The notes below the pieces were generated by a model. The model ran no database searches. It saw only the letters and a program-made list of their open reading frames with translations, and was not told the DNA's origin. From the NCBI RefSeq assembly GCF_018350175.1, contig NC_058368.1:151778001-151842000 (forward strand): DNA of 64,000 bases. The letters run 5' to 3'. Shown here in pieces: positions 55,260 to 64,000 of this stretch (positions are counted from its first letter, which is position 1; every line of letters starts with the position of its first letter). The translations under genes and the position numbers were made by a program. Source of the stretch: Felis catus. Lineage: Eukaryota.

Positions 55260-55345
55260 CTAAAACATAAAAAAATCAGAAGTCTTCTTCAAAAGTTATA
55301 AAATAATTCTTGCAGTGTTCAGTTTCTAGAATTTTGACTCATTAC

Positions 55346-55886
55346 CTTAATCTATAGCTTGTTCTCTGTTTTAATAGTATACAGTCTGCACTGAACATTA
55401 TTTTAGTTTCATCTATGAACTACTCTTTGGACTAGATGAAATTTCACATGGCATAATGTATATGTTTGCATTTTATCACTTTTAGTTCCTAACTGGGACA
55501 GGCATACTAAACTGCCTAGTATTATTAAGTAAACACCAGAATTTATCCTTGATTTCCTGTTTTTCAGTAATGGATGAAACTTGGGAAGTTAGAGAAGGCT
55601 TTGATGATTGTTAATTCGACAGTAAGAATTGTATTAGCAAGCAAATTACAGTTTCACAATGACAGTCACTGGTTTCTTTTTAGAAGTTTCACAAATAGCA
55701 TGGATAGATATATGTGTGCGCTGGAATTTTCCACATGTACCATTATACTAATGATACTTTCAACGTATTTTTTGTTTTCAAAAAGAAAACGTTCAACATC
55801 ATTCAAACTGTAATTGAATATATCAAATAGTCATTTCCAATCATTTTTAAAGATCTTCTAGGGTCCCTTTAAACACCTTAAGTACT
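55346..55886 (-). pseudogene. Fossil exon (541 nt, one frameshift), AAA1-like
   Basis: ttctgcatttcataAG acceptor; joins the previous exon as LY|EYLR; LFDIFNYSLNDVERFLFENKKYVESIISIMV; aag|GTaatg donor. Confidence 0.7.
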
Positions 55887-56035
55887 CTTATGAAATGCAG
55901 AATACCAAAAGAAAATAAACTCAGTTTAACTCAACCTAATTTTACAATAAATATTTGTACAAAGAGTTAAGCAATAAAACAGTTGACAATGGAAATTCCA
56001 AGAGATTGAGTAAATTTTTCAGTCTAATTTACCCA

Positions 56036-56260
56036 GGGACTCCTGGGTGGCTCAGTTGGTTGAGCATCTGACTTTGCCTTAGGTCATGATCTTATGATAC
56101 AAGGGTTCAAGCGTCGCATGGGGCTCTGTGCTGACAGGTCAGAGCCTGGAGTCTGCTTTGGATTCTGTGTCTCCCTCTCTCTCTGCCCCTCCCCTGCTCA
56201 AGCTGTCCGTCTATGTCACTCTCTCTCTCAGAAATAAACATTCAAAAAAAATTTTTTTAA
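56036..56260 (+). mobile_element. Can-SINE
   Basis: cctgggtggctcagttggttgagcatctgact; TSD-like agtctaat. Confidence 0.95.
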
Positions 56261-56334
56261 AGTCTAATGTATCCAGATGTTAAATAAATGTTCTCTTACA
56301 TCTTCCTATTCTTTGTTTTGCATTCATTATTTAA

Positions 56335-56440
56335 TTTTTTTTTTGTTTTTAGTAATCTCTGTGCTCAATATAGAGCTCAAACTCATGACTCTGAGAATAC
56401 GTGTCATATGCTCTACCAACTGAGTTAGCCAGGTCTCCCT
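56335..56440 (-). mobile_element. Short tRNA-derived Can-SINE (old type)
   Basis: gctctaccaactgagttagccagg. Confidence 0.7.
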
Positions 56441-56508
56441 GCATTATTTTTTAAAAGGTTGATATTAATGAACATATAGGATAATAATTAACATACATTA
56501 ATTGGACA

Positions 56509-56566
56509 TAATATGGAGTTACGTTCATATATATATATATATATATATGAACGTAACTCCATATTA
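56509..56566. repeat. Perfect 58-bp palindrome centred on (AT)11
   Basis: taatatggagttacgttc-(at)11-gaacgtaactccatatta. Confidence 0.95.
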
Positions 56567-56567
56567 C

Positions 56568-58260
56568 CATAAAGGCAAGAGTTCTGCTAACAAAGACATC
56601 AATCATAAGCTGCTTTTGCGGGCTGAATTTTGTCCCTCCAAAATTTATATGTTGAAGCCCTATACCCCAGTACCTCAGAATGTTAATGTATTAAAAGACA
56701 GGGCCTTTCAAGAGGTAATTAAGTTAAATTGTGATCCTTACGGTAGCACGTAACCCAATATGACTGTTGTCCTTATGAGAAGAGATGGTTAGGACACACA
56801 GACAGAGACAGGGAAAAGACCATGTGAGGACACATGGAGAAGGTAGCAAGCCAAAGAGAGAAGCCTGGAAATAAGTCAAACTTGCTGACACCTTGATCTT
56901 GGACTTCCAGTCTTCAGAACTGTGACAAAATAAATTTCTGTTTTTAAATCATCCCATTCTGTGGTATTTTGTATGGCAGCCCTAGCATATTAATACATCC
57001 ACCAATTGGCACCAAATCCTTCCATTCTAGAACCATATACAAAATAACTATATTTTAGATTTACAGTGAACCATTATTTTATTTCACTGTAAACTAATCA
57101 GTTAGCTTGTTAGTAATCTGAGTACTGGCTTGATGATAGATATTTTATCAAGTCTCTCACCAAACTGGAACCAAAAATGTCAGTGCACTGGAATAATTCT
57201 CAACATGAATCCTTGTCATAAAACACCATTTAATCCAAAACAAATTACTGAGATTCTAAAATGACCTTTCATAAATGCTGGTGATTCATTCTTATATATA
57301 GACATTATCCCACGAGTTAAAACAACAATTGCTAGTATTCTTGTAATATCATTGTGAAAATACAGCAAAGATAACATTCAATGGACATAGATGCTCTTTT
57401 TTCTCCCTTTTGGTAACAAGTGTAGTCTTTGTTCCAAAACTGGTTGTTCAGATTATTTATATGAGAAGAAAATAAGCTATTGGAGAAATGTTTTGTCACC
57501 ATTTGCAAGGCAAACAGGTATGTAGGGATTATCAATGCCAGCAAATCTCACTTTCATTAAAACTAACTTGAAAACTAGCAGTTGGGGGTTCACAATGGTC
57601 TAAATCGTCCAATTTGCATCACCTCACATCTTTCACATTGGAATTATTCTTGCTTAAGCATCCTACACAAGTGAAACTGTTCAAAGACAATGGTAAATAC
57701 AATCTTACCATCAGTATCATCCCATCCCATGACTGATAACAATTTTTATACACACTTGTCAAAATAATTATGTGTTGGATTTTGATGGCTCTTCATTTTT
57801 AAGGGAGGCTTAATGTATCTATTTCTTGCATTGTTATCATTTTCCTCAACATAATTGGTTTTGTGGACATTTGCTAACCAAATGTGTTCCTTTAGACAGA
57901 GTTGCTGAAGTTGCTATAAGTCACCATACACTCAAGCAAGAGGCAGTTCCACCTTTCATGTGAAATGACAATTAGAGGTTGTTACTACAAACAATTTAAG
58001 CACACAAAAAGATTTATCAAATTTCTAACTTTGAAAATGTAGAAAACTCCACTTCTCCAGAGGAAGAATTATAGGGCTAATATGAAATGAGTCGTGATGT
58101 TTAATTTTGGCTTGTGCAGCAAGCTTTGCCCCATGCAATTTCTATTTAGTCAATCAGAGACAAATCCTTATTTACAACTTCCTATCATTTTGAAAGTTTA
58201 TTCTTTTATTTTCATCTTCTTACCAGGTTAAAATACTGGCCTAAAATTACATTCTTTCTA
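56568..58260 (-). pseudogene. Large fossil exon, dynein linker-like, interrupted by an MLT1 LTR
   Basis: T-rich ttattgcaAG acceptor; LPLEKWSFLHF..., YFDKCV*KLLSVMGWDDTDGKIVF..., MLSLLYFHNDITRIL; ends SCLY g|GTaata. Confidence 0.7.
56611..56997 (+). mobile_element. MaLR solo LTR (MLT1B-like)
   Basis: gggctgaattttgtccctccaaaatttatatgttgaagccc ... gacaccttgatcttggacttccag ... tatggcagccctagcatattaataca. Confidence 0.9.
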
Positions 58261-58589
58261 CTTGCAATAAAAAAAAAAGTAACCGCTTACATTAGTGGTA
58301 AGCTAAAATTTCAATTGTAAACTGTATATAAAGATGGACTAGTAGATTCATCTCTTAGATTATGATCGTCAGTCAAATTAAAGGTACCATAAAAACCAAA
58401 CTGATCATCTCACTGCATAAAGCCACTTTTATTTTTAAAGAAATATTTCAGGTATAATTCACCTTTGTATATAAAAACAATATTACCTTTCAAAAAGAGT
58501 TATAAAAATAACTACAGATACCATTATTTGTTCTAAATGTGGAAGATACATTATATAATACCATTTATTATATACTGATTTAAAGATAC

Positions 58590-58645
58590 CTGCAATATCT
58601 TCCTGGAAAATAGTCTACATATTGACAAGAATAAGCAGCAAATAC
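58590..58645 (-). pseudogene. Fossil exon (56 nt)
   Basis: ctaatc branch site, ttgttttcttgccttgaacatAG acceptor, cag|GTatct donor; VFAAYSCQYVDYFPGRYC. Confidence 0.5.
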
Positions 58646-58890
58646 CTATGTTCAAGGCAAGAAAACAACTGATTAGAACCTATATGAATGAAGCTAAACT
58701 TCTCTTCAAAATATTAATAATTAATCCATTTGATAACCCCCCAAACACCAGGGGTTAACATTCCCAAGACCCAAAAAATATCTGCTTTGAATCCCACTCC
58801 TATTTTGTTTATTTATCTGGGCTCCATCTTGCCTAAATATGAAGGATTTCAGAGATTTCATGACAGCTGTAATAAAAAGCAAAAGATCAT

Positions 58891-59100
58891 TGGGTCACCT
58901 AGATGGCTCAGTCGGTTGAACGACCAACTTCGGCTCAGGTCATGATCTCACGGTTTGTGAGTTCGAGCCCTGTGTCAGGCTCTGTGCTGACAGCTCAGAG
59001 CCTGGAGCCTGCTTCAGATTCTGTGTCTCCCTCTCTCTCTGTGCCCATCCCCCACTCATGCTCTGTCTGTGTCTCAGAAATAAACATTAAAAAAAAAAAA
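58891..59100 (+). mobile_element. Can-SINE
   Basis: atggctcagtcggttgaacgacc; TSD aaaaagcaaaagatca. Confidence 0.95.
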
Positions 59101-59301
59101 GCAAAAGATCAAGATGACACCTTGGAAAAAACTAGGATAAAGTTCTCTCTGACCTTACTTGGTTATGTCTGGCACTTTTTTGTCTTTTGTGTTCCAGAGG
59201 CTACATTAGCTGTGTGTGTGTGTACATGCACATGAGCACACGTATCCACATTTATTAGCATACACTAAAGAAAGGACAAGCAGAGGAAGATAACTTTATA
59301 C

Positions 59302-60825
59302 CTGGTGTATATAGCATCCAGGCCTACAGGTTTGTAACATTACCATTATGTAGGTCCTTGCAACTGAAATTTTCCACACGTAAGTACGCTTTCACTGCAT
59401 CAAATGGTACATCAGAGTAAACTTGCAGGTTTGCATTTGATGCAAGGAAAATACAAGTGCTGGATGTTCAACATTCTGGCAAGAGTGAAACAAACGATCT
59501 CCTTACTTTTTCATCAAAGATACTCTTTCAAGCCTCCTTTTATGGTTGAAGGTTTTGTTCAACATTTTACAATTAGCAATTTGGCAGTGCTCCTTTGGGC
59601 ATATAGGGAGGATTTGTTAGCCAAGAGTTAAGCTAAAGCACAGACTTCAGAGACTTGTAGATTTCAGGAAATAGATCCTTCACCTACATTCTTTTGCCTT
59701 TCCCTTCTCCACGTTGTTTTTTCCTTTGGATGGCTTTGATGGGCTCATGGAGCCAAAATCATACAAAGGGTAGATAAATGAAAGCATTCTGTATATAATC
59801 TGAGGAGTTCTCTGATCTGGAAAAGAATATCAACTACTTCCAGAAGAAAATAGAGATGCAAACCCAAGTTCTTTGGTTAAAAAAGAGTGAGACCAAAAAC
59901 AACAGAAAGAAGATTACCCTATGCAGATAATCAAGCGTTGCTAATTCATCCTCTTGGCCATATTAGTTTTAGTGACAGATTGCTCATCAGCCAATGTGAC
60001 AGAGATAGTCAGGACTGACAGTGGTGTTGGCAGGAATAAATGAGCGAGCAAGGCCATTATTTATTAGAGAGAGTGGGCTGAGTGTTGTGTAGCCAACAGC
60101 CTGCTGAAATTCAGTAAGGAGTTAGGGGTACAGGACACAGACCTCTTGCTTCCTTTGCACAATCTCTAACCAATATAGTCTCTTCTTGCCCTTTTGGGAT
60201 ACTGTAGTATTTCTGGCCTCTGTCTTTACGTGTCTCTCTTACAAAGGCTCAAGGAGACTAAGATCAGGGAGGTCTGTATGTGCTTTTACTATTTAGTCAT
60301 GTGAGATGAATAGCCACAGGCATGTGTTACCCTAGTGAATACCATTGTTCCTTCTGTAGTTTATGAGAAGAAGAGCCTCTCCCAAAGGTGGTTGAGAGGA
60401 TGACTGCACTTGGATTCATTCAGAAATACAGTAAAAATGGTATACAGTCAGTAGCTTCTGGTACCATGAAGGGAGAAGAAAAAGCTGTGGCTCTTACCCA
60501 GGAAATATTTTACTGCCAGTCCTAGGAAACCGGCTGACCAGAGGGAATATTATTAGTGTTACCACTAAGACAGGTAGTGTCTGCTTCTGACTCCCTTTCC
60601 CACTCTCATTCCCTTGGGCTTTCCACCATGTAGATGCCTGTGAGCCTGCCTCTGATACAGAAACAAGTCTCCTCTATTTTTCTGGAATATGCACATAGTT
60701 AATATTCCTTATATGAAAAACTGGAGGTGGAGAGTAGACACTGGCCCATTGCACTATTCTCCTGGTAATGCAAATGATTTAATCATCCTAATAAAGCTTT
60801 ATCAACCCTTTGTTTCTACCTTGTT
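59302..60825 (-). pseudogene. Large fossil exon (~1.5 kb)
   Basis: caatcttttcAG acceptor in matching phase 1 (EQGRNKGLIKLY*DD*IICITRRIVQWASVYSPPPVFHIRNINYVHIP); later VKDLFPEIYKSLKSVL and LQVYSDVPFDAVKAYLRVENF; cag|GTataa donor. Confidence 0.6.
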
Positions 60826-61070
60826 CTGAAAAGATTGTTCACAAATGATTTATTTTAATCATTGAGTTGGATCCCTGTATCTTAGTGTCCTTCATTTTCT
60901 CTTTCCACATAATTCATAATGTAAGAAAACAGTAATAGCTAGTATTTATGCAGTATTTGTTATATTCCAGGCAGTGTTCTAAATGTTTTATACATATGAA
61001 TGTCTTTAAGTCATACAATGATCACTATGGAGTAGATTCACATATTTATATTTTACATAATGAAAGTTAG

Positions 61071-61612
61071 GTCTGGGGGGATGCCCCCACATTGACAATT
61101 TTGGTACTTTTTGATCAATCCAAGTGTCATTAGAGTTGCCTTCCATTTAAATACACCTTACCTTACTGACTATATAGGCCCGTGACCTTCATTTCCCTAA
61201 AAAAATTACATTTGTAATCATCTTTCTCTGTCCCCTTGAAATGTAAATCTTCCACCATCCTCTTGCCAGTTTTACCCAAGAGTGTTCAAGGACATGGGAG
61301 CTATTCTTCTGAAATGTTATCATCAAGAGAGATATCATCCCATCTCCAAGTCTCTTTAAGAAGGCAGGGGCCCACCTTCGTAAGGAACAATTACCAAACA
61401 CAGATGGCCTAATCACATTGAGCTATCTCCCCATAACATCATCCAGTACTGTTTCTAGGAGCTCACCCATCCTTTAAAAACTTCCCACCTTGTTTCAGCA
61501 GAGTTGAATCCAATCTATCTCCTTATTGCAACAGTCTTGACTCTTAATGCAGTAGTATTGAATAAAGTCTTCCTTGCCTATTTAGCTCTTATCGGTGCAA
61601 TTTTGCTATGAC
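61071..61612 (+). mobile_element. ERV solo LTR (ERV1/MER34-like)
   Basis: TG...CA termini; aataaagtcttccttgcc poly(A) signal near the 3' end. Confidence 0.7.
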
Positions 61613-62314
61613 AGTTTCAAATTTATTTTCAGCTTCCCACGAACATTTTACACAATCTTTCTTCTCCTCTTTGATTCTCATAACCAAATATTTGCCTTAC
61701 TGTTATATCTTTCTAGAGATTAGTTATGTATTTCTCACTGGCTTCTTTTCTGTCCATTCCAAGAGGTCAATTTAAACAGCCTTTCATTTATGCTTGTCTC
61801 TAGCAGTCTTTTCTGCATTTTCTTTACAAAATCACTTTGAGCAACTTCATAGAATGTAATTTTGCTCAGTGTACTGTTTTTCAGTCTTTGTTTCTCTTTT
61901 TTTTTTTTTTCCTCCTAGAATTTTCCTCCCACCGTGACCACTTAATCTTTTCTCACCCTCCACAAATGTATTTTCCATATTATTAGCCAGGTCCATCTAG
62001 TTTTTATTCTGAAATTATCCAAGTCAAATAGACAAAATGAACGAACAAACAAGAAAAACGGTTTCAAAACAGGAGTTTCCTAAAGCTTTAGGATGCATAA
62101 AAATCTAAGCTCTACACTGCATTTACTTTTCTTATTTCAGAATAATTTTTGAGGGTGAAATCTCCAGAAATGTTCATGGGGAAAGCGGATAAATAGAGTT
62201 AATATGTGTTCAACAAGTGGGAGAGAGGGATGGGCAAAGGTTCATGCAGATGCCCTAATGCTACCATAGCAGCAGCCTTTCCTACAACAACAGGGGGTAG
62301 GACAGGCTGCTTAC

Positions 62315-62674
62315 CCTTTTCTCCCATGATGGATGCATCCTGTAAACACCTTGCATTCCTACGAGAATTCTTGGTATTCATGACATTGTTAATAATAATA
62401 ATAGATTTAAGAAACCGATGAGTCCCCTGCTTCTTCCACATGAGAACAAAGCAGTCCTAATTATCTAGCACTAGGAAGTCGGTGCCAGGGTGGATTTATT
62501 TCCTTTCCAAACTAGCATATAGCATCACAATTGATTTTCTTTTTCCAATTCTAATTTTCCAGACCTATTAAAATGACTCTAAACCAAACTGCTTTGAAAG
62601 AAATAATATTGGCTTTCTCCCATTATTCCTTTCTTTTCTCCCTTGTCTCCTTTCTACTAAATCAAATTAATCTG
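62315..62674 (-). pseudogene. Fossil exon (360 nt)
   Basis: cttttctatttttaaAG acceptor, GTaagc donor; KPILFLSKQFGLESF**VWKIRIG...FVLMWKKQGTHRFLKS...MGEK; phase 1 out. Confidence 0.65.
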
Positions 62675-63546
62675 CTTTAAAAATAGAAAAGATAAGTGAT
62701 TATATAATCTTGTAAGGGAGGCAGGAAGCTGTGGGACATAAGGCACAAATGAAATGCTCGCACATCGGGCATATTTAGACAATACGCATGTCAATCCCGG
62801 TCTTTTGTGGCCCAGTACTGTGGGGATGCAGCAAATGCAAGTGGGGAGACTCCCCCATCTAAAGCCCTCAGTGATATAAAGTGCCTTCAGAGGGAGAAGA
62901 AACGCTTCCTCAAGCCCAGAGAAAATATTCAGATGCCACTCTGAGCTCATGTAGTTCAGAATTACAGCCTGGAGGCACTAATAGCCCCTGTGACTTAATT
63001 CTGACACAGGAGAGAAAAAGGGACTTTTTATCAGCCCAGCTGGCACTGTCATTGTGGCTTTAAAAATCTTATTTGAGTCTTGCTTTTAATTTATATGGGA
63101 AAAAAATACACAATTCAAGGAGAAAGCAATCTCATCATTTCAGGTGAACAGTGAAGCTTTACTGTAACTGACGCAGGGGCCCTTAGGCCCCTACTCCATT
63201 CTTGAAAACTCAAGCTTCAGGTGTACCCTTCCTGAAAAGATCAGACTTTGTCCAGAGAAAAGTCACTTGAGGGGAAGGATGATATTTTGGGTGAACAGAG
63301 TTATTTTCAGAAGCTACCAGCATTTGCCTTTGTAAACTATTAAGAGATAGAAGGAAGAGAAATTTTTAAAATGCATATACATATATACATGTTTTAAAAT
63401 CTAATTTGGGGTCACAGCTGTAATCACAAAAGCTTCAGATTGTGTGTCATGCTGGAATAATGTTGTGTTAGTGAATGTAAAGCATTCAGCATTACTTTAC
63501 GCCTCATTGCATCCTAAGTGCGATGCTATTTCAATACAACACCTAC

Positions 63547-63714
63547 CACTTTTAGGTCTTTATGCTTAAGTATGTCTTGCTGGATGAAATCAAGCTACAA
63601 ATTGCATGAAATTGGGTCCTCCTGGTGGATTCTACTGCTATCGGCTCCCAAACCCAATTGTTTTCTAAGTCCAATTCCATGAATTCAGATTTCAAATTAT
63701 CATGATTTCTTGCA
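63547..63714 (-). pseudogene. Fossil exon (168 nt)
   Basis: ttgatcttttgtatttatttttcAG acceptor, GTaggt donor; 3' part reads LDFIQQDILKHKDLKV; true frame ambiguous. Confidence 0.6.
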
Positions 63715-64000
63715 CTGAAAAATAAATACAAAAGATCAACTTGCTGCAGAGATGAAAAGCAGGGTTTTTTTGGCCACAAAAATAAAGTGAACTTTTGTTC
63801 ACACAGGCTCGGAAACGGAGCAAGAAGTACTAGAGAAAACACAATTCACAGAAATGTGAGACATAACGTATCCATCGCTTAGGCAAAAAAGGTGCCTCGT
63901 TCAAATGATTCCATCCAAAATACTTCACAGAAAAACTGCTCTGTGTTCAGTTTCCTTTGATCCTTGTGATAGCTCAAGTCATTTCACTTCCAGCCACATT

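Larger units (their letters stand above)
5226..63714 (-). pseudogene. Multi-exon unitary pseudogene (fossil gene), probably a highly divergent dynein-heavy-chain-like protein; 5' part lies beyond the right edge
   Basis: Chain of minus-strand segments bounded by polypyrimidine-AG and GT donors. Reading frames are stop-depleted but broken, several junctions are phase-compatible (introns of 86, 96 and 106 nt), and dynein-like motifs occur in order. Individual exons are listed below. Confidence 0.8.

Noticed and set aside
57480..57545. PVCLANGDK resembling dynein AAA2 LCLANGERI
   Set aside because: It is out of order (in the linker-like exon), so it was not counted as evidence; it shows that single motif matches can arise by chance.
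57100..58260. Endogenous viral or transposase origin of the long decayed frames
   Set aside because: No terminal repeats or viral motifs were recognised, and the segments are linked by spliceosomal introns in compatible phase; a search is still needed to exclude it formally.
59396..59444. 11-bp inverted repeat tgcatcaaatg/catttgatgca as a possible RNA hairpin
   Set aside because: The stem is too short for a pre-miRNA, it lies inside a fossil exon, and it is plausible by chance.
62315..62674. Alternative frame IIRTALFSCGRSRGLIGFLNL reminiscent of the GREB1 C-terminal domain
   Set aside because: That frame has more stops, and no other GREB1 motifs appear in adjacent exons.

Overview
AT-rich mammalian genomic DNA from a carnivore, very probably a felid (many tRNA-derived Can-SINEs, including a CpG-intact felid-type copy). 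It also carries carnivore L1s, old L1M, MaLR/ERVL, L2 and MIR relics, and microsatellites. I find no intact protein-coding gene; the supplied ORFs are repeat-derived, chance, or fragments of the fossil below. Two things are not explained by the repeats. (1) The unique DNA between repeats holds about 25-29 decayed coding exons on the minus strand, roughly 12 kb in total, with AG/GT splice sites, often phase-compatible junctions, and many stops and frameshifts. Hand translations show colinear resemblance to a very divergent dynein heavy chain (linker, AAA1-AAA6, C-terminal end), so this looks like a giant unitary pseudogene that runs off the right edge. (2) Two otherwise diverged L1 copies 8,887 bp apart share a ~1.09 kb tract that is almost identical, including inactivating lesions, which suggests ectopic gene conversion. 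All translations and motif comparisons were done by eye and from memory of the families, with no database search. Repeat subfamily names and boundaries are approximate.
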